A stretch of DNA of 64,000 nt from positions 1 to 64,000 of the forward strand of contig QPGO01000130.1 in the NCBI GenBank assembly GCA_008632985.1, in the 5' to 3' direction. A model generated the notes under the pieces. That model was not told the DNA's origin. It saw nothing but the letters and a program-made list of their open reading frames with translations, and made no database searches. The stretch's first letter is position 1. Every line of letters begins with the position of its first letter. This DNA is from Psammoneis japonica (taxonomy: Eukaryota). Positions 35,409-48,300 of this stretch are shown here, piece by piece. The translations under genes were made by a program, and so were the position numbers.

Positions 35409-37822
35409 ATGTACTCTTCGATTCTATACAAGTTCCGTTCGGGCACTTCGTTTGAAACGCTCCCACTTCCGGGAAGTGCCGCTCGTCTCTTTGATGTCAA
35501 ACGTGCCATTGTCAAGGCGAAAAAGCTCGATGCCACCTCCTCTAATTTGGAATTTGATTTGAGCGTTCGAGATGCCACGACGCAACAAGAATATGCCGAT
35601 GAAAGCATGCTTTTGCCTCGCGGTACACGTCTCGTGGTGCAGCGCTTGCCCGCGGCACTAGGACACGGTTTTCTGGCGAGAATGGCCCGGGCCGAGTCGG
35701 GCTTGAGCCATGTGGTTGCTGCTGTTACTACGACTGCTACAGCTGTGCCGAGAGGCTTTTATACAATTGAGAGCCGACCAGACCACGAAGATGAATTTGT
35801 GCAGCAACCGCCCAAGGACGAAGTTGCGGCGCTCTTGGCTGTGACCGAGACAAAAAGCACACAGAACACCAGTGTCGGTGGATTCCTGCACGCCACGACT
35901 CGAATTGCTCGTCAGGGTGCCCCTTCACCACCCCCACCTCGTGCCGCCGCAGCCTCTCCAAATTATTATCAGAAACACAACGCGGACCCCGAGCTTCGCG
36001 ATCAAGAGCAAAAACATCTGCCCAAAAAGCGCCCCACGGGCATTCCCCGCCCCTTTCGCACCATCACGAACAATCCCGAAGAAGCCGCCGAAACGGCTGT
36101 CGCTCGTCTCCAACCCAATGCGTTGGGCTTTGCCGAGCTTGTGAGTCGCGGCGGCGGCCAGTCGGAAGCCGCCCAACAACAACGGAGTTTGGATTATGCG
36201 CTCAAACTCACCGCCATCACCATTCCCGAGCATTTGCAGTGTGGCATTTGTCATTCCGTCGTCAAGAATGCCATGCTGTTGCCGTGGGATCCCGAGGGAC
36301 GCACCGCGTGTGAATCGTGCATTCGAGATGCGCTGACGCAAAATGGATTTCATTGTCCTTTGTCGGGTATGGAAGGTGTGTCGCCCGATGATTTGTTACC
36401 CAATACAGGTTTGCGCAAGGCGGCGGAATTATTCATCAAGGGCGTCATAGAGAAGATGGAAGAGATTGAAAAGCAACAAGTGGAAGAAATGGAGGATGAA
36501 ACAACCAACGCAACATCCGGAACAAAGGGTGGTTTTGAGGGTGACAGCACCGAGAGGGGTGTGATTTTGTCCAAGAAAACGAGGAAAGATGTGCGCAATG
36601 GTGTGGATGACGATCCATTTGGTGGTGGAGGGGATGATCCCTTTGGCGGGGACGTGTTTGATGTTGGTGGGGATGATGATGAAGAAAAGGAGGAAGAAGC
36701 AAACGACGAGGGCAAGGAAGAGGCTACGACACCAAAAGAAGCCGAGCTTACCGCAAAGCCTGAAAGCTCAAAGGACAATGAAGTGAATGAAAAGGAATCG
36801 AAGGAGAGTAATATCTCTAATGAACCAGAAACCACACCAAAATCCGGTGCTGCTGCTGCTGCTCCTGTTTCTGCTGCTGATACTGCTGGTGCTGCGCCTG
36901 TGAAACCAACCGACAGTTCTACTCCTGTACCAAAAAAGTCTTCTCCACCCGAGTTGTCTCCTGCAGAAAAACGTCGGCGTCGTGGACCGCCTGCAGGCTA
37001 TGCCATGGGACCCGCCGGTGGAGCAGCCACAAGTGCTCGAAGCAGCAACAGGCCGACTCACGACGATCGTCACAAAACCGCGTCGCCGGCACCGTTTTCG
37101 TCGTCCTCACCAAGAGGCAATTATCATCAAGATCGACAGCCATATCGTGGCCGAGGAGGAAGGTTTGGTGGTGGTGGACGTGGACGTTATCAAGGTGGAG
37201 ACTATGAAAGCCGAGGTGGTGGGCACTATTCTTCTTCCAGCGGCGGCGGTCACAATGACGATGATGGATATCAACCACGGGAGGTAAGTTCGTTATTGTT
37301 GTTGCGACTGTATTCAATGAAAATGTTCGCTGCGGTTGCAAAGCAGCTGCTGGTTGGACTAGTGAGTTTGAATCTACATTGTTTCTCGCGGTACGGAGAT
37401 AGCATCCCGCTGCTGGAGAAATCATATTGTAATTCTGAATGCTTGGTCGTATGCAAAGAAAGTAGGCTATGACCTCAATGAGATAATCTCTAAATTGAGT
37501 TCCTACCTATCGTAGTCATTGATTCTTTTGTGTTTCTTTGCGCGTCCTTACACTCGTCTCTTGCACGCTTTTTTGGCAGGCTTACCCAGAAGATGACAGT
37601 CGTGGCACAAAGCGACCCCGCAATGGGAGCGAAGATGGATCGGATGATCGTTGTCGAGGAGAACGCAGGGATTGGTCGCAAGGGGGTCAACAGTATGATC
37701 GATCACGTGGCGGTGGATATGACTCGAGGCGTGGTGGAGGACGATTTTTCCGAGGTGGCGATTATGGTGGGCGTCGAGGTGAACGGGGTAGGGGCCGAGG
37801 CTATGGTAGGGGTCGCTATTGA
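35409..37822 (+). CDS. RBBP6/Mpe1-like protein, tandem copy 2; intron 37284-37579
   Basis: Near-identical to copy 1 including intron and 3' flank; more diverged in the N-terminal third. Confidence 0.88.
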
Positions 37823-39419
37823 ATCTTTTACAATTCAATTTTAACTTGAGTAGAGTGCTGGCGAAGCGTTGATGTCGGTTTGCATTTTACGAAACACCAA
37901 AGCGGAAGCTATGAAGAAATACAAATATTAGTTTTACTTAGCACCAATTTGTTACAACAGATATTGTTCAGCCTGTCAACCGAAGCGTTACATCAAAATC
38001 CAGCTTCATTTATGCGTATTGTTTAGGTTGTAAAGTACGCAATCCTTGGTGGGTGCAGAGTTCCAACTGTCTGAGCTGCCGCTCTAAAGTAGCTCTTTCG
38101 TACGGACTACATTAGAACGAGTTCACTAGTCGACATAGCTGCTTCCTGCTGTATGTAGCAACTGTGACAATGATGGAATCGTCAAAATGCAAATCAAGTT
38201 CACGTTGTCGAAACCGATTCTAGGCAGTGGACACACCAATAACCGTGCACCTTGTGGAACAAACTTGTGAGTCCTCTTTGGATTCATCTTGGGGTTCCTC
38301 ACTGTTACTGTAGTCTTCGTCATGGTTGTCTGCAATAGCCTCTACTCTAGGACCCTCTATTAACTTTTAGAAGATTGTGGGATGAAGTTTACAGCACGAC
38401 TGAAAAATTTATCAGTTTGAACGATTCGCGACCAATGATCTGGGATCTGTTTCAAAATGTCCCTAAATGGCTAAATCGAGTCGTGCTTTCATCTTTTTTA
38501 AAAAAAAAGTATTTCAATAAATGTCAGATCTCCAGCCACGAGATCCCAGTTTTGTCAAATTGGGATCCAAAAACGTTAATCTGCAGTCGAGGTGTTCGAA
38601 GGGAAGAGAACATGATGTTGAAAGCGGTGGATGCTGATGCTGGATGGCAGGTCTGCGGCAACTTGACGACAACATCAATTTGACTGCTTGTGTAGGTGGG
38701 TGGAGGGGAGGCCTGATGGACATTTGCAGCACGCAGAAACGATTTTGGGGTGTGGGAAACGAAGCGCATATCGATTTTCACTTGGACAGGCACATAATGA
38801 ATGACGAGACAACGAAGCGGTGTGACAGCAACTCCAAGATGATCAGGTGTCGATTTATTAATTCAGTCACGCACACGCCTTCTGGGTTTTCGACACAGAT
38901 CAACGGGCAAAAGGTGGTTCGGACGCACTAATTTCCCTGGATGATGGTTGTGCAGCCGTTGCTGTTGAGATTGGGAAGAAGATACGTCCATACCGGTAGG
39001 ATGTTTTGGTGTTTGCATATGACCGCACAATGTCAGCATGGTTACAACGAGGTCAAAATCTATATCTGGCAAAATCTGTCATCAGGCAAGCAGCAAACTG
39101 ATCAAAGTGAGGATAGCGCGTCCCTCGTGAGCCGTCCCCCCCCGTACGTTCCCGTGCTGCCGAGACTTTCAAGTGAAGGCATCACGTTCCAGACGTGCAG
39201 AGACAAGATCGTCCACGATTTTGTTCGGTGTTTACCGCCTACAACCTGAGCTGTGTACCATCGATACAAAATCCCTTGCGTCTTGCGTGAAAGGTTCACA
39301 TAGCAAGGAAGGAAAACGCTCGAATTCAATAGGTGACTGTCTAGCGTCGCGTCGGTGGGACGACATTGCGGGTTCATTCATACTCTTTAAACTTTTCATT
39401 CACACGAAAACTTTGAGTA

Positions 39420-40529
39420 ATGCAGATGATGAGGATTTTGAGTCTTCACGATGTCAAGACCGTTGCAGCGAACAACGCTTCGACACTGATTACCTTATGG
39501 TCGTGTCTTTTTCTTCTTGAGGTGTTATACATGAGGGCATGCAGTAAGCTGGTGGATAAAGCTTTCGCCTGGGTACCGTCGATACCAACAAATAATGAAA
39601 TAGGTAACGACACGGATGGATTCAGGTTCGAGTCGAATGTATCGGACTCCAGTGATGCATACGAGCAATTCATGGAGGGACTCAGGTGGTTTCTCAGCAT
39701 GCTGGCTGTTTTGGGGTTGATTTTTACTGCGCATCCCTTGATACATGTGCTGTGCGTTAGCTCTTTTCATGTTGCTTTCTTTGTCAAGGCCAACCGTGAA
39801 GCGAACACCATCGGAGAGGTTATTAATCTTGTCCAATCCCGTGTCCTCTTGTATGCAAAAGCTGTCTGTGTGCAATGGATTGCAATCTATCTATTTCTTT
39901 GGTTCGGATTCTCAAACATTGTAACCAGTGGCTTTGTGGGACAGTCGTGGTACTGGACCCTCTCTCGCGGTCTTGGGCGGAGGGAAACTTTGGTAGTGGA
40001 AGCCTACACGTTGTTTTTAGTCGAGCCAAGCATCTCAGTGATGGACAAAGTGGCCTTGTCCTCAACACGAAGCTTGTCCAGATTGCATCGGAGAGGTTAT
40101 TAATCTTGTCCAATCCCGTGTCCTCTTGTATGCAAAAGCTGTCTGTGTGCAATGGATTGCAATCTATCTATTTCTTTGGTTCGGATTCTCAAACATTGTA
40201 ACCAGTGGCTTTGTGGGACAGTCGTGGTACTGGACCCTCTCTCGCGGTCTTGGGCGGAGGGAAACTTTGGTAGTGGAAGCCTACACGTTGTTTTTAGTCG
40301 AGCCAAGCATCTCAGTGATGGACAAAGTGGCCTTGTCCTCAACACGAAGCTTGTCCAGATTGCATCACACTTTGCTCTGTTTTATGTCCTCGAGGAGGTG
40401 GCGGACAAGGAAGTGCCGTTTCTTGGTACCACCCTTTTCTCGGGCGGCATCATCGAAAGCGCCACGTGGGGTACTCTTGAAGTTCTTGTAAACTTTCTTC
40501 TTTATCAAAAGCTCAAATCAAGCCAGTGA
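39420..40529 (+). pseudogene. Putative multi-pass membrane protein disrupted by an internal duplication; gene model uncertain
   Basis: Hydrophobic segments in ORF 39420-40103; mutated paralogous sequence at about 59.4-60.4 kb. Confidence 0.4.
39811..40364. repeat. 277-bp apparently exact tandem duplication
   Basis: 39811-40087 matches 40088-40364. Confidence 0.92.
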
Positions 40530-41099
40530 AGCAACTATTTCGGTCGGGACAAGTTCTTTTCTCTGTTCTTTTACTTTTGGTATCTCGCGGTGCTTCTGAA
40601 CAACGTGCAACTCTGTGCAACAAGTGGGAAATAGGTAGCCTGAAGTATTGCATTATAGTCAGAAGTAGGCGCATCAAGATTATTATACAATCGTAGCACC
40701 CCAAAACGAGCGGTCTGCACTTCGCGGCAGACTTGCGGGTCTATTCTCTCGGAGAGCGTCCTCGTCATGATTCTACCTGCAGTTCCAAGCCCCGCGACTC
40801 TTCCAGAAGAGGGCTCCCGAATCTCTCCAAGTGAACGTTCTTATTGTATGTCATTTCTGACTTCCGTGCCATCGAGGCGCAGATTATCAGACGCTGAAAC
40901 ACAACATTGAACATCGTCAAAGAAGGATCACTGAGTCGAACGCTACGGTTTGTACAATGTCAGACCAATCTAGCGTACACTTCTTTGCGTTGGCTCTACT
41001 ATTTAGATTGATACGTTCTTTGCCCCCCCCCCNCCCCCCCCCCCCGGCATTCGAATGAAGGGACAAGTACTTTCAGCCCTCAACCATGGATACACATCT

Positions 41100-43208
41100 T
41101 CACCAGCCCCATCGATCCACTTCCATTCCACCTCCACGCCAGTTTCTAGCCCTCTGATGCCTAATCATGTTTTTGCTCGGTCCAGAAGGTCCTCGAGATG
41201 CATTACATCGCCATTCGAAAGGTATTTCTCCTGTCAATTGCTCGGCGACGACAGGTGGACCCAGCGCTCGAAAGGTACCAATCAATCTCTCGTCTAGCAT
41301 CCCTCGCTGAGTGCAGTCCTCGAAGAGCTCCATCAAGTAATCGTCGTGGCCCTGACAAAGCTCCACCATCACAGTGTATGTCACAGTTGATGGTTTCGTC
41401 TCCATATCTTCCTGAAACAATCTCATTGCCTTTTCCGCCTTTCCTTGTCGATCAGCTAACAATTTATAGGATTCTAGGACTACGTTGAAACAGATAGTGT
41501 CCGGCTTAAGTCCAATCTGATTCATCCATTCCAGGATACTGTGCGTTCGATCAACGGCATCCTCTACTTCAGAATGAGCATATCCGGAAAGGATTGTAGA
41601 ACAAAGTCGAACATCGGGAAGAAAGAGGCCGTCCGACACGGCCTGCTTCATAAACTCTTCAGCCTCACACATCTGGTCATAGCTGCCGGTCCGGTAAATT
41701 GCCTGCAGGTACGCAACGAAAGAGAACTTATCGTGATGAGGCATGCGGGCCCAGACTTTTTGGACTCGAATCGCTGCCTCGGCGTCACCACTACGTCCCC
41801 ATGCATTCAGCACTCCATTGTATACAGTCGTATTGGGAGTCACGTTGTTCGCTTCCATCCAATCCAAAATGGCTTGGGCCTTGTGTCCTGAACCTTCCAC
41901 ATTCGTGCGAGCCCAGCAATTAATTACAGTGCTGTAACTGTAACAATCCGGCATGTCGTGCACAAGACCATCCATGTAGAGTCGTCTCCAGCGCTGCACA
42001 AGTCTCTCCGCTTCCAAGCCCATATTCAAGCTTCCATATGCTTTGAGAAGAGCATTGAAAGAGTACGAATCTGGGATCAGATCAGGACTGTCCACGAGGA
42101 ACCCAAGTAGCTCTTCTGCCTCTTCCAGGTCCTTTTTCTGTTTTGTTGACGCAAGAACATTCAAGACGGAATTGTATGTCTGCAAATCAATCTCCACGTT
42201 GCGAGCTCGCATGTCCTTTAGGATGGCAAGCGCCCGGGTGGAACGCTCTGGTTGGCTCGACTTGGACCATGCATTAATGACGGCAGAGAAGAGAATAGCA
42301 TCTGGTCGGAGTTCAATGGTCCCATATCTGTCAAAAACTTTCAACAGCGACTGCAACACGCTTTCCGCCTGTTCAGGAGCATCGCGTCTTCCACTCTTGG
42401 CAAATCCGTCGATAATGGACGTGTACATGTGAACCGTGAGTTCGATGTCATTGTTGCCATCATAAAATTGCTTTTCCAGACGTTTGAGAATGCCAATTGC
42501 GCGATGAAATTCATTTGCCCTCGCGTAGGCATCAATGACCTTGCCATAAGATTTTGTATTTGGCCTCCGTGTCTTGTCACCCGAGGCGTAGTCCTTCTCT
42601 AGCTTTCGAAGCAACATCTCGGCTCGTTGAGCAGATCCTCGTTCTCCACTCTTGGCTAGAGCTCCAATGACGGTGTTAATTGTGACACGATCCGGACGAA
42701 TCTCGGGTCTTCCTGTCTCTTCCATATAGCTCAGAATGTTATCCGCAGCTTCACAACAGGCTGGTACTTTGGCGAAGGCGTTAATGACAGACGTGAAATC
42801 ATGTAGCTTCGGCTTGTCGTCACTTGTAAGCTCCTGTTTCCTGAGAACAGACACTGCCAAGTCAGCCTCCTCTCGTGTCCATGACTTGTGATTGATCCAT
42901 GAAGCCATTGCGGCGTGGATCTTTTCTTGTGTTTGAGGAGAAATGTCACAATCAGAAAACTCGGTACAAATTTCTCGCATTTTGATGCAGAGCGGTGATG
43001 CCACATTCGTGGGGATCGGCTGTCTCGCAGGACGGGCTTCATGGCGATGATGCCTGTTCCTATTATGATGGCTGTCGTGATGGCGTGCGTTGTTGTGTTG
43101 ACTTCGACGAGGATGATCAGCAGCGCAACGACGACGACTCGAAAAAGATGACGAAGAATCTCCACTGCTCGACCGAAGAGCTTCCGCTCGAGAATTAAAA
43201 GGCATCAC
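41100..43208 (-). CDS. Pentatricopeptide repeat (PPR) protein
   Basis: Many roughly 35-aa repeats, e.g. PDRVTINTVIGALAKSG, PNTKSYGKVIDAYAR, PDSYSFNALLKAY; start uncertain. Confidence 0.93.
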   Translation of the reverse strand: MMPFNSRAEALRSSSGDSSSSFSSRRRCAADHPRRSQHNNARHHDSHHNRNRHHRHEARPARQPIPTNVASPLCIKMREICTEFSDCDISPQTQEKIHAAMASWINHKSWTREEADLAVSVLRKQELTSDDKPKLHDFTSVINAFAKVPACCEAADNILSYMEETGRPEIRPDRVTINTVIGALAKSGERGSAQRAEMLLRKLEKDYASGDKTRRPNTKSYGKVIDAYARANEFHRAIGILKRLEKQFYDGNNDIELTVHMYTSIIDGFAKSGRRDAPEQAESVLQSLLKVFDRYGTIELRPDAILFSAVINAWSKSSQPERSTRALAILKDMRARNVEIDLQTYNSVLNVLASTKQKKDLEEAEELLGFLVDSPDLIPDSYSFNALLKAYGSLNMGLEAERLVQRWRRLYMDGLVHDMPDCYSYSTVINCWARTNVEGSGHKAQAILDWMEANNVTPNTTVYNGVLNAWGRSGDAEAAIRVQKVWARMPHHDKFSFVAYLQAIYRTGSYDQMCEAEEFMKQAVSDGLFLPDVRLCSTILSGYAHSEVEDAVDRTHSILEWMNQIGLKPDTICFNVVLESYKLLADRQGKAEKAMRLFQEDMETKPSTVTYTVMVELCQGHDDYLMELFEDCTQRGMLDERLIGTFRALGPPVVAEQLTGEIPFEWRCNASRGPSGPSKNMIRHQRARNWRGGGMEVDRWGW

Positions 43209-43689
43209 CTGACAACCTCCCTCCAGGCAGCAAATGAAGTGAAGTGGTGGCGCTGTCCCCTGCGGTTGAGGTATTGTGCATTGGTCATGGGGCGCTACCG
43301 GCTACAGTAGCTCTCTAGTAGAGCCCTGTCCAAATCCAAACACTATCATACAGCACAGTACGTACAGTATGATCATACCTGACGTCACAGCGCCTAAAAT
43401 GAGCCTCTTCGAAAAATTTTGATATAATATTAAAACGTAAATATAGAATTACGTCGCACATTAATTAATTGCGAACCCATCATTTAAGCGTGAGAATTTT
43501 TTAAAAAATGATTGGTGGCAAGTAAAGATCAAAGCTCTAAAATTTGATGCTCGCGCGCATGGCAATCCAAACCAGCCCGGGTTCCACACCTCCTCACTTC
43601 GTGTCCAGAGTTCCTACCATAAAGGAGGAACCAATTAGTGGTTATTTGCCCTCTATGCATGACGTAATTTTAGGCCATGCTGTACCAAC

Positions 43690-45099
43690 TTTCATGAGGA
43701 TGTTTGTTCTCGCGCACGAGGCTCACTTTGTTGACTTCATTGCACCAGCAGTCAACTGGGAGCACTTCTCTCTTTTTGCAGGCTCCAGGCTTGTGGCGTG
43801 CACACAGCACGCAGAGAGCAAGACCCCAAAGGCCAAGCCACATGTTGACAACAAGGCCAGCGAATGGGTGGGCATGCTCCTTGCTGTCAAGTTGGACTTC
43901 ACTTTCTGCACAGAGCCAAGAGCGACAGAGGGCAACTGACCCATTGATTGTTTGGCACAGATCAGAGACCACCAATGAGACAGTGGTCTGTGCCCCCCCC
44001 CCCCCCCCCCTGTGTGAGTGGGGGTTCTTGTCACAAGTGCCACACAAGCTGCGGCAAGCTCACTCCTTTTGCAAGTGAGTTTTTGCTTGCAGTCTGTGCC
44101 ACCAACCCTTTGCAGCTTTCCAGCTGGAGCTCCAAATCCAGGTTGCTGTGGACTTGGCCAGCTCCAGCTTGAGGTCTGGCGCTGGTGGCTGCACCACAAC
44201 CAACCATGAAGCTTGTCCAAGAGACAGAGTCTGTTGCCATCAGAGGAAAGCAGAGTTGAGAGTGAAAGAGGGCAACAGACCAGCAGCTGGTTGTGAGGTT
44301 TTGCAAGTTTCTTAAAATCTGTCCTGCATTCATCAGAAACCCTGTGTGCTGTGATTGACAGATGCTTCTGGCTGCCAGCTGCCAGCATGTCAGTCAAGCA
44401 ACGGCAGCCACACAAGACATTTTGGAGAGCCACGTTGCTTCCAAAAAAGACACATGCACACACACACACACAAAAGTGATCCCTGCCAGCACCAACACAT
44501 CATTGCCTGTTCCATGTTGTAGAAGCAGACAGGTGGCAACACATTTCCATGCAAAATGGGCTTTGTGTTGTTGGCGTTGTCACCTGTCTCACAGCATTGA
44601 GAGAGGGCTGCAGCAGCTGTCACCTGACCCAAGTCATGAGCCTTGCACCCCACATGGCCTGCTTGGCTGAACGTGTTTTGGAAGTGTTGGCTGGATTTTC
44701 ACCCCAGCTAACAGATGGAAACACCTGAGACACAAAAACAGTGCATCATGTTGGTGCCTCTTTCTTGTGCTTGAAGCAAATGTCTTGCAGGGGTGGAGCA
44801 GGCACATGTTGTGTTCATGTCATCAAGCATCTGTGGGAGAAGCTGGCTTTTTGTGGATCACTTTCATTGCACAGGAAAATGGTGCAAGACATGTGCTTCA
44901 GTGACAACTCTGTGATCAACATGACCCCCTGCTTGTGACCCCAAACTGTTGTGTGTCTCTGGAGCCCCATGCTTGCCCCCCATTTTGGAAGAACCCTGAG
45001 CACAGTCCTGTTTTGTTGCTTTGGGTCCACTGCCCAATTTTTTGGAAATTGTGGGATCCCCACTGGCACCTGCTTGACAGTGAGAAGATCACCCCCTGT
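43690..45099. other. Heavily decayed CpG/TpA-depleted DNA (left flank of the copia insertion)
   Basis: TG/CA-saturated; no recognisable protein motifs. Confidence 0.65.
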
Positions 45100-45333
45100 A
45101 GTCGAGACACAGTCCTGCAGCTGAGTAGGATGGATGAGACCTCGGAGGTTGGCAGCAACATGAACAGCGACAGAGGCAAACAGACGCTTGTTGAAAGTCG
45201 TTGTCTGGAAATTATGACGAATGTCGTTGCTTCTGTTTGAATTGATTTTGTGATGAGCTAATTATTTCGAAGAGAAAATCTGAGTCTGGGTTGCAGTCGT
45301 GAGATGCGACCAGAATGACGTTGAGTCGTGACT
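45100..45333 (-). repeat. 3' LTR
   Basis: Direct repeat of 52109-52343; polypurine tract GAGAGGGAG (45334-45342) immediately precedes it on the minus strand. Confidence 0.95.
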
Positions 45334-45354
45334 CTCCCTCTCAACCGAGAGAGC

Positions 45355-48300
45355 TCACCAGCCCATGAGAGCCTTTCCAGCCGCACGGAACGCATCGGTC
45401 CGTGGTCCCTTCGTGAACTGATCGGCCAGTTGCTCTAGAGTGCTGACAGGTTGGATGTCGATCTCCAATTGTTCGACTTTAGTCCTAAACCAGTGGTGCG
45501 GGATGCCGATGTGTTTGGTTCGCGGAGACAACTTGGGCACACGTGCGAACTTGAGGCACGCGGAGTTATCTTCGCACACAACGGACGCAGGCAGGACATT
45601 CTGCTCTACAGGCGAGTCATCGGTGCATTGGGTTGCGAGCTCAAAAGCCTTGGAGTGAGTCGTGACAGGGTTTTGGCGGTCAGACTTTCCGAGTGCGTGG
45701 TGGTTGAGCTCCTTGAGAACTTCACGAATGGGGATGAGATCGCGCACAGCTTGAGAAAGTGCGACACACTCCGCTTCCACAGTCGACAATGCTGCAAGAG
45801 TCTGCAGCTTGGACACCCAGATGAGCGGGCAGCCGGCGCAGTAGATGAGGTGTCCAGTCCTGGACTTGACAGAAACTGGGTCTTGACCATCTTCCACACC
45901 AAATGACCCCGCGAAGTCAGAATCGACGTAACAATCAACTCGATGATCTTGCGCAGGCTTGAGAATGAGACCTTCAGCAGCAGTTGCTTTGAGGTGTCGG
46001 AGCATCCGCTTCACTGCAGCAGCGTGGGACGCTCGGGGCGCAAACGAGAATCTAGCTGCTTGATGTGTGGCACATGCAATGTCTGGCCGGCTGTTCGCTG
46101 CCAAGCACATCAACATTCCAACAACTGAGCGACAATCGCAGGGTTCATCAAAAGGCAGGCCATCCGTGTCGGCACCAATGGCCACAGGTAGAGCTGGAGT
46201 AGATGCTCCATTGCAATCCTCCATCTGTGCGGTGCGCAGGACCTTGTCAATTAGACCGGGTTGAGTGAGTAGAAATCGACCCTCGGAGAGCTTTTCGATC
46301 TTGATGCCGAGAAAGTCACCGACTTCTCCTTCGTCTCTAAGTTCAAACACGTGGCGATGTTCGTCGTCGGAGACTCCTAACTTGCGAATTTCGGCTTCTA
46401 GAGCTTCAGCTGAAGCTCCAGCAAAAACGGTGTCGTCGACGTGCACCACACACATCATGCCCTCTTTGAAATACAAACAGGGATCCATGGCTGAAGGCAC
46501 CCATCCGCGCTCGGTTAAACCAGCTCGTAACTTCTCGTAGAAGCCCTTGGGAGACTGTTTTAGGCCGTGTGGTCCTTTCAAAAGTTTGAGAACCATGTTG
46601 AGTCCCGACCTTGGCGCAAATCCCTTCGGCGGTGTCATGTGAACTTCCTCGGCGATGTCAGCTTGGCAAAAGGCTGTGGCACAGTCCACCTGTCGTGTGG
46701 TCCATCCCTCCTTTAATGCCGCAGTGAGCATGAGTCGGATGCTGGACCATTGCACAACCGGCGCGCAGGTTTCGAAGTGGTTGACTCCTTCTTTCTGCAA
46801 ATCACCGCGGACGCAGTGTCGGGCCTTGTGCTTGAGAGGGGTTCCATCTGGGAGTCTCTTGAGCTTCAGTGCCCATGTGCCTGGAAGCACATTCACACGC
46901 GGCTGACGCTCGACTGCTTTCCAGGCTCGACGATGTGTGAGTGCGTTGACTTCAATTTTCATCGCCTTGATCCATTCGTCGGCGTCCGGACCTTTCAGAG
47001 CATTGTGTGACGAAGGCATGTCAGGGTCCTTGGTTTTCTCACTGGCTGCGCAGGCTCGTGGATCACCGACATTGATGGCACCACTGTCCAAATCCGTCTC
47101 GAGAGTCGCCAGATACGCTGGTTGAGCCTCGTGTCTGATTGGCAGCGGTGTTTCCTCGACGGAGCTGAAGCAGACCTCATCCACAAACTTGGCAGAGTTG
47201 AACTGTCCCTTGGTTGACCGTGAAGACCGTCGCAGCCCTGGTGCTCCCTCTGGATTCGTCACAGGAGGTGTCTCGACTGGGGGAGGAGCTGTTGGTTCCG
47301 TCGGCGCTTCGGGTGGCGGAAGTCCGTTACCATCTTGAGGTTCAGGTGGCTGAATTGGCGTAGAGTCCGTAGAGTCTGTAGGAGTTTGAGTTGCAGGTGG
47401 GACTGGTGGCGTTGGCTGCTGAGTCGCAGGTGCGACTCGATCGGTGACGTCGTCGCGAGAGATGGGTGAATCCGGCACAGTGATCGATGGAGCAGGCTCA
47501 AAATGCCCGCGAATGCGTGTTGCTCTGGCCAGTTCTCGTTCTTTACGTTGACGCTCTGGAGGGGTGAGCCACTCATCGTGTAAATGAACTGCCTGATCCT
47601 TCTCCAGAGGGATGCACATCGATTGGTTGAGGCACAAGTGTTCCCAGTGATCAGGTGGATCCGTCTCCCTCTCGATTGATGGTGCGGCAGTGAAGAGATC
47701 GTCAAAGACCACATGATGCTGAGGTGCAACACTTCCAGTTTGAAGATTGAGGACCAAAGGAACCTCACTGGAATGGATGGCACTGAGTCCCACGAACAAA
47801 GCGCGACGAGTGCGAGTCTCCCAACGCGGGAGCTTCTTCCCGGAAGCGAGGGGTCGGGTCAAGTGCGCACGCTGGACATCCCCATGTGTGAATGTCGCGC
47901 AACCGATGTCTTGGCACTGTCGAACCGGTGAAAATGTCCGCTGGGCAATGTCCTTTGGAATTTGGGGTGACATTGTAGACACACGTGGCATGAGAAACTG
48001 CCATGGGCCATGGGGAGCTGTCAATTCCCCCCTTCCAGTGGATTGATGCATGAAGCAACATCGCTCTCGCCATGTTGGAGATGCTGCGGATGCCCCGCTC
48101 TGCGATGCCGTTCTGATGATGGGTGTTGGTTCCACAAAAACGGAGACGTTGTTCATGATCTCGCGTGTGTTGTACAAAAGCGTTGGCCTTGAAAGCGCCA
48201 CTGTCGGCAAGAAATTCTTGGACGATGACCCCGTGGTCCAAAGCATGTTTCTCAAACGCTTGCTTTGCGCGTGTCGTCTCAACAGCGGAGAAACCTAGTT

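Noticed and set aside
41023..41045. Poly-C run as a functional G-quadruplex
   Set aside because: Contains an N; low-quality homopolymer.
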